Assembly (NCBI RefSeq): GCF_009914755.1
Contig: NC_060929.1
DNA length: 64,000 nucleotides
Source of the DNA: the human T2T-CHM13v2.0 reference genome, Homo sapiens
Reading direction: 5' to 3' (one strand)
Part shown: piece by piece, positions 1-16,304 of the stretch
How positions within the stretch are numbered: position 1 is the first letter of the stretch
Layout of the letters: each line of letters opens with the position of its first letter
Position numbers and translations under genes: made by a program
Notes under the pieces: generated by a model
What the model was told of the DNA's origin: nothing
Database searches by the model: none
Seen by the model: only the letters and a program-made list of their open reading frames with translations

Positions 1-875
1 ATTGTGGACTCAAGTGCCATCCAGTATCACTGAAGGACAGGTTTATAAAAATATAAAAGACAAGCAAGCAGCTTTTCAGATAAAGACTAACCTTTTTAGC
101 AGGGGATTTGCAGATACTACCATCTTTGGCAAGGGCACACAGACCATTCAGAAAACAATGGGTTCCACAATCACAGTCTGTTTCTCATGAGGAGGAAAAA
201 TAATGACATTTTAGTGATGGAAAACTAATACAGAGGATGTTTGAAGGGCCTCACAGCATGGTGACCTTCAGAGAATCTCGGAATGAGAATCACCATGTTA
301 CTTTTCAGTTGATTCTCTTTTGTCTCTGTCTTCATTATAGAGAAATGTAATATTGTGTAAGAGTTATAATATTGATCATTACCACATAGATTTTACGTTT
401 GATGAGTCCAATTATGTCCTTCCAAATATAACAATGACTTTATTTCTTAGCTCAATTTAGTCTTTTATTCTAGGTAAATGATTTCCCACAGAAACTTTTG
501 CCCCAGGAAAATGATTTTTCCCTACTATGTTTATTTCTAACACCAATCTTCTGCTTTATATTTCTTCCTTACTTTCCTTACTAATTCTGCATAGCTCACT
601 CCAATTTTCTTTGGCTAAATAAATATTGCTTACTCTTTTTTGGTCTGAGCTTCACTTGTTTCAACAAGTTTTTATGGCTAACCTGGCTGAGGACAATTTC
701 ACTCTCCTCTGAAGTTCTGTCGCATTGAAAGTACCACCAAGTTTGGCATCTCTTTCAACTACCTTTGCTTGTATTTCATGTTTGTCTTCTCTTCTATAGA
801 ATCTATGTCCTCTTAGGTTGCTGACTGTATTTTTCATTTGATATGTATCTTTTGCAGCATCTAGGAAGTATCAGT

Positions 876-3800
876 ATTTTTTCTCCATATCCTCGCCAGC
901 ATTTGTTATTGCCTGGTTTTTGGATAAAAGTCATTCTAACTGGGGTGAGATGATGTCTCATTATAGTTTTGATTTGCATTTCTCTGATGATCAATGACGT
1001 TGAGCACCTTTTCATAAACTTGTTTGCCATTTGCATATCTTCTTTTGAGAAATGTCTTTTCAGATCTTTTGCCAATATTTTATTTGGGTTATTACATTTT
1101 TTCCTATAGAGTTGTTTGTACTCCTTATATATATTTTAGTTATTATTCCCTTGTTAGAGGGGTAGTTTGCAAATATTCTCTCCCATTTTATTGGATGTCT
1201 CTTCACTTTGTTGATTGTTTCCTTTGCTCTGCAGAATCTTTTTAACTTGATGTGATCCCATTTGTCTACCTTTCTTTGTTTGCCTGTGCTTGTGGGTATT
1301 ATTCAAGAAATTTTTGCCCAGATCAGTGTCCTAGAGAATTTTCCCAATGTTTTCTTGTAGTAGTTTCATAGTTTGAGGTGTTAGATTTAAGTCTTTAATC
1401 TATTTTGATCCAAATTTTTGTATATGGTGAATGATGGGGTCTAGTTTCATTGTTTTGCATATGGACATCCAGTTTTCTCAGCACCATTTATCGAAGAGAC
1501 CATCTTTTCCCCAGTCTAAGTTCTTGGTACCTTTGTCAAAAATGGGTTCAATGTAGTTGTGTGAATTTGTTTCTGGGTACTCTATTTTGTTCAATTGGTC
1601 TATGTATCTGTTTTTATGCCAGTACCATGCTGCTTTGGTTACTATAGCTATGTAGTATAATTTGAAGTCAAGTAATGTGATTCCTCCAGTTTTGTTCTTT
1701 CTGCTCATGATATCTTTGGCTATTCTGGGTCTTTTGTGGTTCCATATAAATTTTTGGATTGTTTTTTCTATTTCCATGAAGAATGTCATTGGTATTTTGA
1801 TAGGGATTGAATTACATCTGTAGATTGCTTTGGGCAGTTTGGACATTTTAACAATGTTGATTCTTCCAATCCAGGAACATGGACTATCTTTCCATTTTTG
1901 GTGTCCTCTTCAACTTATTTCATCAGTGTTTTACAGTGTTAATTGTAGAGATATTTTACCTCTTTGGTTAATTCCTAGGTATTTAATTTTATTTGTGACT
2001 ACTATAACTGGAATTAATGTTTTTGATTTCTTTTTCAGATTGTTCACTGTTGGCATATAGAAATGCTACTGATTTTTGTATGTTGATGTTTTATCCTGTA
2101 TCCTTACTGAGTTTATCAGTTCTAATAGTTTTCTTATGGAGAATTTAGTTTTTTCCAAATATAAGATAATATCATCTGCAAACAAGGATAATTTGACTTC
2201 TTCCTTCCCAATTTAGATGACATTTATTTCTTTCTCTTGTCTAATTGCTCCAGCTAGGACTACCAGTACTATGTTGAATAACCAAGGTGAAAGAGGGCAT
2301 CCTTGTTGTGTTTCAGATCTTAGAGGAAAGACTTTCAGTTTTTCTCCACTCAGTATGATACTAGCTATGGTTCTGTCTTATATGGCTTTTATTAGGTTGA
2401 GGTATATTCCTTCTATACCCAGTTTTTTGAGGATTTTTATCATGAGGGGATATTGAATTTTATCAAATATTCTTTTCAGCATTAATTGAAATAATCACAT
2501 GTTTTTTGTCCTTCATTCTGTTGATATGATGTATCACATTGATTGATTTGCGTATGTTAAATCATCCTTTTACATCCCTGGAATAAATCCCACTTGTCAT
2601 GATGAATGATATTTTTATGACCTTTTAAAGGTATTGTTGAATTCAGTTTGCTAATATTTTATTGAGTATTTTTGCATCAATTTTCATCAGGTATATTGGC
2701 CTGTAGTTTTCTTTTTTAGATGTGTCTTTGTCTGGTTTTGTTATCAGGATAATACTGACCTCGTAGAATGAGTTTGGAAGTATTCCCTCCCTCTGTTTTT
2801 CAGAACAATTTGAACAGAATTGGCATTAGTTATTCTTTAAATGTTTGGTAGAATTCAGCAGTTAAGCCACTGGGCTTTTCTTTACTGGGATAATTTTTAG
2901 CATGGCTTCGATATTGCTACTTGCTATTGATCTGTTCAAGTTTTGGATTTCTTCATGGTTCAATTTTTATACGATGATGATAAAGGTTTATATGTCTAGG
3001 AATTTATCAATTTCCTCTAGATATTCCAATTTATTGGCATTTAGTTGCTCATAGTAGCAACTAATGATCCTTTGAATTTCTGCAGAATCAGCTGGAATGT
3101 CTCCTTTTTCATCTCTGATTTTATTTTTTGGAGTCTTTTCCCTTTTTTTCCATTGGTCTGGCTAAAAGTTTGTCATGTTTATCTTTTCAAAAAACCAAAT
3201 TTTTGTTTTGTTGATCTTTTGTATTGTTTTCTTCATTTCAATTTTATTTATTTCTGTTGTGATCTTTATCTTTTCTTCTACTAATTTTGGGTTTGTTTTG
3301 CTCTTGCTTTTCTAGTTCTTTGAGATGCATTGTTAGGTTATTTATTTGAAGCTTTTCTTTTTTTTTGAAGTAGGTGCTTATAGCTGTAAATTTCCCTTTT
3401 AGAACTGTTTTACTGTATCCCATAGGTTTTTGTTGGGTATCCATTATCATGTGTTTCAAGAAATTTTTCAATTTCCTTCTTAATTTCTTCATTGACTCAC
3501 TGGTCATTCAGGAGCATATTGTTTAATTTCCATGAATTTGTATATTTTCCAAAATCCTTCTTGTTGTTGATTTCTAGTTTTCTTCCATTGTGGTCAGAGA
3601 AGATGCTTGATATTATTTCCATTTTCTTGAATGTTGAAAGACTTGCTTTGTGAATATGGTCTATCCTTGAGAACGATCCATGTGTGAAAGAGAAGAATGT
3701 ATATCCTGCAGCCTTTGGAGGAGGAAATGTTCTGTAAATATGTATTAGGTACACTTATTCTATAGTGCAGATTAAGTCTACTGTTTCTTTGTTGAGTTTC

Positions 3801-6800
3801 TGTCTGGGAAATCTGTTTAATGCTGAAAGTGGGGTGTCAAAGTCTCCAGCTACAATTGTATTGGGGTCTATCTCTCTAGCTCTAATGTCTGCTATATATA
3901 TCTGGGTGCTCCAGTTTGGGTGCATATATATTTATGATCATTACATTCTATTGCTGGATTGAACTTTTTATCATTATATAATGACCTTCTTTGTCACTTC
4001 TTAGTTTTTGTCTGGAAGTCTATTTGTCTGATTTAAGTATAGCTACTCCTGCTCTTTTATGGTTTCTGTTCACATGGAATATCTTTTTGCATCTTTTTAT
4101 TTTTAGTCTATATACATCTTTATAGATGAAATGTGTTTTTTGTAAGCAACAGATCATTGGGTCTTGTTTTTTAATCCATGTAGCTGCCCTATGTCTTTTG
4201 ATTGGAGAGCTTAGTTCATTTACATTCAATGTTACTATTGATAAGTAGGAATTTCTCCCATTTTGCTATTTCTTTTCTGGTTGCTTTGTGGTCTTCTCTT
4301 GCTTCCTGTTTTCCTTTTAGTGAAGGTGATTTTCTCTGGTAGTATGATTTAATTTTTTGTTTTTAATTTTTTTCTATTTGTTGTGTTTGTTTGGCTTGAG
4401 GTTACCATGAGGCTTTCAAATGCTATAAAGCTCATTATTTTAAACTGATAATGACTTAACAATCCTCATTTACAATTGCATAAAGAAACATATAAAAAGA
4501 AAACTAATAAAAACTCTACACACCTTAACTTCATCCTCCTGCTTTTTAACTTTTTGTTGTTTATCTTTATGCTTTATTGTACTGTCTATGTCTTGAAAAG
4601 TTGTTGTATTATTATTTTTAATTGGTTTATCCTTTAGTATTTCTACTTAAAACAAGAGTAGTTTACACACAACAATTACAGTGTAATACTATTCTCTGTT
4701 TTTTGGTGTGCTTACTATTACCAGTGAGTCTTCAGATGATTTCTACTGGGTCATTAACATACTTTTCTTTCAGATTGAAGAACTCCCTTTAGCATTTCTT
4801 GTAGAACGGATTTGGTGATGATACCCCTCAACTTTTTTCTGGGAAGGTCTTTATTTTTCCTTTAAGTTTGAAGGATATTTTCACCAAATATACTATCCTA
4901 GAGCAAAAGTTTTTTCCTTCAGCTCTTTAAATATGTCATGCCACTCTCCCTGGACCTGTAAGGTTTCCACTGAAAAGTCTGCTGCCAGGTGTATTGGAGC
5001 TCCACTGTATGTTATTTGTTTCTTTTCTCGTGCTGATTTTAGGCTGCTTTCAGGCTGCTTTCTTTATCCTCGACCTTTGGGAGTTTGATTATTAGATGCC
5101 TTGAGGTAGTGTTCTTTGGGATAAATCTTCTTGGTGTTATATAAGCTTCTTGTAATTAAATGTTGATATCTTTCTCTAGGTTTGGAAAGTTCTCTGATAT
5201 TATCCCTTTGAATAAACCTTCTACCCTTTATCTTTCTCTACCTTCTCTTTAATGCCAATAACTCTTAGATTTGCCCTTTTAAGGCTATTTTCTAGATCTT
5301 GTAGGCATGCTTCATTGTGTGTTATTCATTTTTCTTTTGTCTCCTCTAACTATGTGTTTTCAAATAGTTTGTTTTCAAGCTCACTAATTCTTTCTTCTGA
5401 CTGATCAGTTCTGCTATTAAGAGATTTTGATGAATTCTTTAGTATGTCAATTGCATTTTTCAACTCCAGAATTTCTGCTTGATTCTTTTTAATTATTTCA
5501 TTCTCTTTGTTAAATTTTATCTGATAGAATTCTAAATTCCTTCTTTATATTATCTTCAATTTATTTGAGTTTCCTCAACATAGCTATTTTGAATTATCTC
5601 TTTGAAATGTCACATGTCTCTGTTTCTCCAGGATTGATCCCTTGTGGCTTATTTAGTTCATTCAGTGAGGTTATGTTTTCCTGGATAATCTTGATGCTTG
5701 TAGATGTTCTTCAGTGCCTGGGCATTGAAGAGTTGGATATTTATTTTAATCTTCACAATATGGGCTTGTTTGTGCCCAACCTTCTTGAGAAAGCTTTCCA
5801 GGCCCAACATCCCTGTGTTTTTTGCAGACTTGTAGAGGTACCACCTTGATCATCTTGGATAAGATCCAGAAGAATTCTCTGTATTACCAGGCAGGGATTC
5901 TTGTTTTTTTCCCTTACTTTCTCCCAAACAAATGGAGTCTCTCTGTTTTTACTGAGCTGCGTGGAACTGGGGTAAGGTGATGCAAGCACCCCTGTGGCCA
6001 CCACCACTGGGATTGCCCTGGGTCAGACCTGAAGTCAGTACAGCACTGGGTCTCACCCAAAGCCTGCTGTAACCACTACCTGCCTATCTCCTAGGTTCAC
6101 TCAAGTCCCTAGGTTTATGTTCCTCCCTTCAGGGCAGTGAGTTTCCCCAGGCCCTGGGCACGTCCAGAGATGTTGTCTGGGAGCCAGACATTGGAATCAA
6201 ATACCTTAAAAACTTGTCTGATGTTCTATTCTACTGTGGCTAAGCTGGCCCTCAAACTACAATACAAAGTCCTTCCTGCTCTTTCCTCCCTTTTCCACTG
6301 GCAGAGTAGCCTCTCCCTGTGGCCACCACCACTATTGACCCATGGTTGGGGAGGTTCTGCCAGGCTACTGCTGATGTTCACTTAAATCCCAAGGGCTCTT
6401 CAGTCAGCTGGTGGCAAATGTTGCCAGGCGTGGGACTCAAACTTCAAGGCAGTGAGCTCTCCTGTGGCTTAGGGCAGGTCCTTAAATACTGTTCAAGAGC
6501 CTAGACCTGGACTTGGGGACCCCAAGATGCTGCTTGTTACTCTACCCCCTTGTGGCTGAGCTGGTACCTAAGGTGCAAGACAAAGTCCCCTTCACTTTTC
6601 CCTGTGCTTTTCTCAAACAAGAAGAGTCTTTTACTGTAGTCACCACAGCTGGAAATGTGCTGGGTCACACCTATAGTCAGTATGTGTCAGAGTCCAAGAC
6701 CAGTGGCATTTTACCTGGGTATTAATGCTTATTATTCAAGGCTCAAGGGGTCTTTAGTTAACAGGTGATGAATTCTGCCAGGATTGGGTCCTTCCTTTCA

Positions 6801-7360
6801 AGGTAGCAGGTTCCCTTTTGGTCCTGGGTGTGTGTAAATATGTTGTCCATTAGCTAAGGCCTGGAGTGGGGGCCTCACAACTCTGCCTGGTGACTTATCC
6901 TGCTGTGGCTGAACTGGTATCCAAGATGCAAGACAAAGTCCTCTTTACTCTTCATGTTTCTCTCCTTAAGTGGACGGAAGGAGTCACTTTTGTTGCTGCA
7001 AGCTGAGCTGCCTGGGGTTGAGGGAGAGATGGTGCAAGCAGTCCCTTAGCCATTCCAGCTGATGTGTCCCTATGTCTTGTGCCACCCTAGTTCTCTGGCA
7101 CCGAGCCCAGCTCAGCACTAGGAGTTGCCTAGGAATTGTAGCCCTTGTGCCCTAGACTGTCTTTCCAATTTACCTAGGACCCCAATGTACTTTGGCCTGC
7201 AGTGGAGAGGCTTGCTGAGAAGCTCAAGTTCTGACCACTCAGATGGGTGATTCTCCTCTGGCTATGTCTGGTCTAAATGTCCCTCTATGCATGGGTGCTG
7301 GTTGAGCCCAGTATGGATTTGCTGTCTCCTATGACAGGATGGCACTGAGTTCAATGTCAA
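876..7360 (-). mobile_element. Old near-full-length LINE-1 (L1MA1-3 type, L1M1-like 5' end), decayed, both termini missing
   Basis: Minus-strand ORF fragments are L1 ORF2: C-terminus 803-1075 ([21 protein letters not shown]), 1478-1846 ([12 protein letters not shown]), endonuclease pieces 3497-3754 and 4020-4229 (NVNELSSPIKRHR..ICCLQKTH). ORF1 remnant ~4750-5750, then a more GC-rich 5'UTR. No polyA or TSD found. Subfamily from recalled motifs. Confidence 0.9.
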
Positions 7361-8440
7361 AGGTCCTCTCTGTAGGCAGGTCATTCTGTTTGAGTGTTCC
7401 GCTCTTAGCAGAAAGGAGGCCCTGGAGTAGGTGGCTCCTCTCTGCAAGCAGGTCATCTCGACAAGTGTTCAGCTCTCAGCAGAGGGTAGCTCCTCTCTGC
7501 AGCTGGTCATCCTGTTGTCTGCAACTCTCAGCAGAGAGGAGGCCCTGAGAATGGTAGCTCCTCTCTGCAGCTGGTCATCCCTATATCTGCTCTGCTCTGG
7601 CTGAGTCTGGGATTTTTATGGTCTTCAGAGGGGGAAAGTGTGTGGTGATTGGTCTATGGGCTGCCATGGTGGGCCCAGGAAAAATACCATGAATTCCCTG
7701 GCCCCAGGCTTCAGGCCTTCCTCGGTCTGGAGGTGGTGCTTCACCTGGGACCTGTTCCCTTCCACCCAGAGCCTATCTATATCCTCCCACTGTTCATGGC
7801 TGCCCAGGCTGTTTGTGCCAAGGGGAGCCTACAGGCCAGCAATGAGCTGCCCTTAGCACCACCTCAGCTTCCCTCCTGTGCCCCTTGGCATCCAAAGTCC
7901 AAAGGGGGCTGAGGTGGCAGAGGGCTGGTGTGTCAGTGCTGGCCCGAGCATGTGCCCACCCAGCTGGGCTGCTGTAGTGCCTGAGCTTGGGCCCAACCTT
8001 CCTCCATGAGCTGAGTGGGCACTGGGAGTGGGGATGGGCCAGGCAGTGGAAGCAGGCAATTCTGAACCTGCAGGGGGCAGTGGGGCCTTCCCAGGCCCTC
8101 AAGAGCACAGGGATGCCCAGTCTGCAGCCAGGCTTGGGTGGCTGCAGATGCATCCAGGGAACACCCTCCCCACCAACTCGGAAGGGGCGGAGCTCCTGCT
8201 TGTCCCCAGCTCCCGCTGGCTTCATGGAGCATGCAACTCTGGCCACATCTCCAAGACTGGAGCAGGTGCTGACAGTGGGGCTAAGCCAGGCAGTGAGATC
8301 AGGCACTTCCAAGCCTGCAGAAGGCAGGGGGGCCTTCTGGGGCCCCCAAGAGCACAGACACACCCATGTCTTGAGCTGGGCCAGGGCAGCTACAGCAGCA
8401 CCTGGGGAGGGCGGGTCTCCTGCTTCTCTGCTGCCATCAT
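7361..8440 (-). mobile_element. ERV1 LTR, MER52A-like, partial
   Basis: GC-rich block with repeated gtagctcctctctgcagctggtcatcc units (7362-7580), a segment ggctgagtctgggatttttatgg..gtgattggtctatggg, and terminus ctgccatca (TGATGGCAG on the minus strand). These match my recollection of MER52 LTRs. Confidence 0.75.
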
Positions 8441-8745
8441 AATGATTGGTGATTCTGGACTTCTTTTCGTGCTTTCATTGGCCATCCATGTATCATCTTT
8501 GGAAAAATGTCCATTTAAGTCAGGCTCATTTTTAAATTGGGTTGTGTTTTTGCTGTTGAGTTGTAGGTGCTCATTTTATATTCTGGATATTAACCCCTTA
8601 TCAGATATAAAACTGCAAATATTTTCTTTCATTCTGGGAGCTGCCTTTTCTCTCTGTCGATGATGTCCTTTGACATACAAAATTTTTAATTTTCATGAGG
8701 TCCAACTTATCTGTTGTTTCTTTCATTCCTGTGCTTTGCCTGTTT
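8441..8745 (-). mobile_element. Old L1 ORF2 3' fragment (L1MB/L1M4-like)
   Basis: attctggatattaaccccttatcagatat..gcaaatattttct is the antisense L1 ORF2 C-terminal region. Confidence 0.75.
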
Positions 8746-8764
8746 TTTTAAAGTTAGAATTATG

Positions 8765-9800
8765 TGGAGGGCAGCCAAGATGGCCGAATAGGAACAGCTC
8801 CGGTCTACAGCTCCCAGTGTGACCGACGCAGAAGACGGGTGATTTCTGCATTTCCATCTGAGGTACCAGGTTCATCTCACTAGGGAGTGCCAGAGAGTGG
8901 GCACAGGACAGTGGGTGCAGCGCACCGTGTGCGAGCTGAAGCAGGGTGAGGCATTGCCTCACTCAGGAAGCACAAGAGGTCAGGGAGTTCCCTTTCCTAG
9001 TCAAAGAAAGGGGTGACAGATGGCACCTGGAAAATTGGGTCACTCCCACCCGAATACTGCGCTTTTCCGACGGGCTTAAAAAATGGCACACCAGGAGATT
9101 ATATCCTGCACCTGGCTTGGAGGGTCCTACGCCCACGGAGTCTCGCTGATTGCTAGCACAGCAGTCTGAGATCAAACTGCAAGGCAGCAGCGAGGCTGGG
9201 GGAGGGGAGCCCACCATTGCCCAGGCTTGCTTAGGTAAACAAAGCAGCCGGGAAGCTCGAACTGGGTGGAGCCCACCACAGCTCAAGGAGGCCTGCCTGC
9301 CTCTGTAGGCTCCACCTCTGGGGGCAGGGCACAGACAAACAAAAAGACAGCAATAACCTCTGCAGACTTAAATGTCCCTGTCTGACAGCTTTGAAGAGAG
9401 CAGTGGTTCTCCCAGCACGCAGCTGGAGATCTGAGAATGGGCAGACTGCCTCCTCAAGTGGGTCCCTGACCCCTGACCCCCGAGCAGCCTAACTGGGAGG
9501 CACCCCCCAGTAGGGGCAGACTGACACCTCACACAGCCCAGTACTCCTTTGAGACAAAACTTCCAGAGGAACGATCAGACAGCAGCATTTGCGGTTCACG
9601 AAAATCCACTGTTCTGCAGCCACTGTTGCTGATACCCAGGCAAACAGAGTCTGGAGTGGACCTCTAGCAAACTCCAACAGACCTGCAGCTGAGGGTCCTG
9701 TCTGTTAGAAGGAAAACTAACAAGCAGAAAGGACATCCACACCAAAACCCCATCTGTACATCACCATCATCAAAGACCAAAAGTAGATGAAACCACAAAG
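8765..9800 (+). promoter_or_regulatory. L1PA3 5'UTR: internal sense promoter and antisense promoter region, YY1 site intact
   Basis: YY1 motif caagatggcc at 8776-8785; partly CpG-decayed L1 5'UTR. Promoter activity is inferred from the family. Confidence 0.7.
8963..9217 (-). CDS. L1 antisense ORF0-like reading frame, 84 aa, open
   Basis: From ATG at 9217: MVGSPPPASLLPCSLISDCCASNQRDSVGVGPSKPG..., matching primate L1 ORF0 (MAGAPPPASLPPCSLISDCCASNQRDSVGVGP). Expression unknown. Confidence 0.5.
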   Translation of the reverse strand: MVGSPPPASLLPCSLISDCCASNQRDSVGVGPSKPGAGYNLLVCHFLSPSEKRSIRVGVTQFSRCHLSPLSLTRKGNSLTSCAS

Positions 9801-10817
9801 ATGGGGAAAAAACAGAGCAGAAAAACTGGAAACTCTAAAAAGCAGAGCACCTCTCCTCCTCCAAAGGAATGCAGTTCCTCACCAGCAGCAGAACAAAGCT
9901 GGACGGAAAATGAATTTGATGAGTTGAGAGAAGAAGGCTTCAGACGATCAAACTACTCTGAGCTACAGGAGGAAATTCAAACCAAAGGCAAAGAAGTTAA
10001 AAACCTTGGAAAAAATTTAGACGAATGTATAACCAGAATAACCAATACAGAGAAGTTCTTAAAGGAGCTGATGGAGCTGAAAACCAAGGCTTGAGAACTA
10101 CGTGAAGAATGCAGAAGCCTCAGGAGCCGATGAGATCAACTGGAAGAAAGGGTATCAGTGATGGAAGATGAAATGAATGAAATGAAGCGAGATGGGAAGT
10201 TTAGAGAAAAAAGAATAAAAAGAAATGAGCAAAGCCTCCAAGAAATATGGGACTATGTGAAAAGACCTAATCTACATCTGATTGGTGTACCTGAAAGTGA
10301 TGGGGAGAATGGAACCAAGTTGGAAAACACTCTGCAGGATATTATCCAGGAGAACTTCCCCAATCTAGCAAGGCAGGCCAACATTCAGATTCAGGAAATA
10401 CAGAAAACGCCACAAAGATAGTCCTCGAGAAGAGCAACTCTAAGACACATAATTGTCAGATTCACCAAAGTTGAAATGAAGGAAAAAATGTTAAGGACAG
10501 CCAGAGAGAAAGGTCGGGTTACCCACAAAGGGAAGCCCATCAGACTAACAGTGGATCTCTCGGCAGAAACTCTACAAGCCAGAAGAGAGTGGTGGCCAAT
10601 ATTCAACATTTTTAAAGAAGAGAATTTTCAACCCAGAATTTCATATCCAGCCAAACTAAGCTTCATAAGTGAAGGAGAAATAAAATCCTTTACAGACAAG
10701 CAAATGCTGAGAGATTTTTTCACCACCAGGCCTGCCCTAAAAGAGCTCCTGAAGGAAGCACTAAACATGGAAAGGAACAACCGGTACCAGCCACTGCAAA
10801 ATCATGCCAAAATGTAA
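9801..10817 (+). pseudogene. L1 ORF1p (RNA-binding chaperone), disrupted by nonsense codons
   Basis: MGKKQSRKTGNSK...QPLQNHAKM; 1017 nt in one frame with in-frame stops at 10092, 10131 and 10419. Confidence 0.95.
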
Positions 10818-10874
10818 AGACCTTCGAGACTAGGAAGAATCAACTAATGAACAAAATAACCAGCTAACATCATA

Positions 10875-14702
<3,828 letters not shown>

Positions 14703-14928
14703 ACAATGAGAACACATGGACACAGGAAGGGGAACATCACACTCTGGGGACTGTTGTGGGGTGGTGGGAGTGGGGAGGGATAGCATTAGGAGATATACCT
14801 AATGCTAAATGACGAGTTAATGGGTGCAGCACACCAGCATGGCACATGTATACATATGTAACTAACCTGCACATTGTGCACATGTGCCATAAAACTTAAA
14901 GTATAATAATAATAAAATTAAACAAAAA

Positions 14929-15365
14929 GAATATTTCTCAAAAGTCAGTGAAGAGCTAAGCAATTATCTAATGGGATTATGTATCGTAGATTATAAAATA
15001 TTACTTTAGGATCAAAATAATACTGTCTTTATTTTAGGCCTCTGGTATAAGAACTCATTAGCCTAATTTACCCTGATTATAAAAATGATTAACCTTTTAT
15101 ATATATTTTTACTATTGATAGTTGTGGTTTTTTCTGGAAACTTCCAATAAAATATATTTTAAAATAATAGGAAATCTATATATTGAAACATAGTATACAG
15201 TACTTACATGACTGAATTTTGGCAAAGAAAATGATTGTCTGATGTAGTTTTAGAATATTGTACTAGGAGTTAAAAATTTGCCTTGATAATATACCTAATT
15301 AGAAAGATCATGTGCCTTAATTAGTTGCATTTTTTTGTCATCTACAAAATAAATTAAACTGAAAA
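14929..15365 (+). other. Putative L1 3'-transduced segment with second polyA signal
   Basis: Non-L1 AT-rich sequence between the L1 tail and the second TSD copy (15366-15380); AATAAA at 15348-15353 followed by a short A run. Confidence 0.8.
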
Positions 15366-16030
15366 AAAGTTAGAATTATGCTAACTTATTAATGATTCAG
15401 AGGTCCTGTATTTAACATTCCATTTTTTTCATGCCGGTATTTTGAATCTTCAATCAAGTATTCATATCTTTATTCATATGTGGAGCCTGGATACCTTTAC
15501 TTTTAGAATTACTGTTATTCTGGTGTGTGGGAGAATTCTGATTTTGGAGCATTATTGTAGTATCTAAGAAGAAAATAGTTATACCTATAGCTTCATAGAA
15601 TATGTTTTTTTTGCTAAAAGTGAGAATAATCAGATTAAATATGCCCTAGAGTGGAAAGCATGGTTTTTTTCATAAGTAAAAACTACCTTGTAATAAAAAA
15701 TTTAATGTATGAAAATTATAAACATTTATTCTGTTAGCTATGAGGTATAATATACTTGATTGCATTGAGGTTCACATCTGTCCCTTTCATTTATCATTGT
15801 GGTTTAGGCAAAAAGTAATGTTATAGAAGTAATGTTAAATTTCAAAAAATAAATTCTATGAGCAGTTTTCATTGACAGGCTGGGATTTCTTTTAAATAAT
15901 TTGTCACAATTATGCTGAACATATTTTCAGAAAATTTACCACATGGCTTGTATAAAAAGAGGTCTTTCATATCTCCATTTGTGTAACCCCAAGCGGGAAA
16001 ATCCTAATTGGTTTAAAAATTACTCTGGCA

Positions 16031-16304
16031 GGCCAGGTGCAGTGGCTCACACCTGTAATCCCAGAACTTTGGGAGGCTGAGGTGGGCAGATCATGAGGTC
16101 AGGAGTTTGAGACCAGCCTGACCAACATGGTGAAACCTCATCTCTACTAAAAATACAAAAATTAGCCGGGCATGGTGGCATGTGCCTGTAATCCCAGCCA
16201 CTCAGGAGGCTGAGACAGAATTGCTTGAACCCAGGAGGCGGAGGTTGCAGTGAGCCATGATCGCTATTGCACTCCAGCCTGGGTGACAGAGTAAGACTCT
16301 GTCT

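Noticed and set aside
2-190. 62-aa ORF at the window edge
   Set aside because: Non-ATG start, no recognisable protein motif, no clear splice structure; a length expected by chance.
7362-7580. Repeat-spacer-like array (gtagctcctctctgcagctggtcatcc units) resembling CRISPR
   Set aside because: Primate DNA, degenerate units with related spacers, no cas genes; best explained as internal LTR repeats.
7638-8663. Overlapping 150-211 aa ORFs on both strands
   Set aside because: They lie in a GC-rich MER52-type LTR where stop codons are rare; no recognisable domains.
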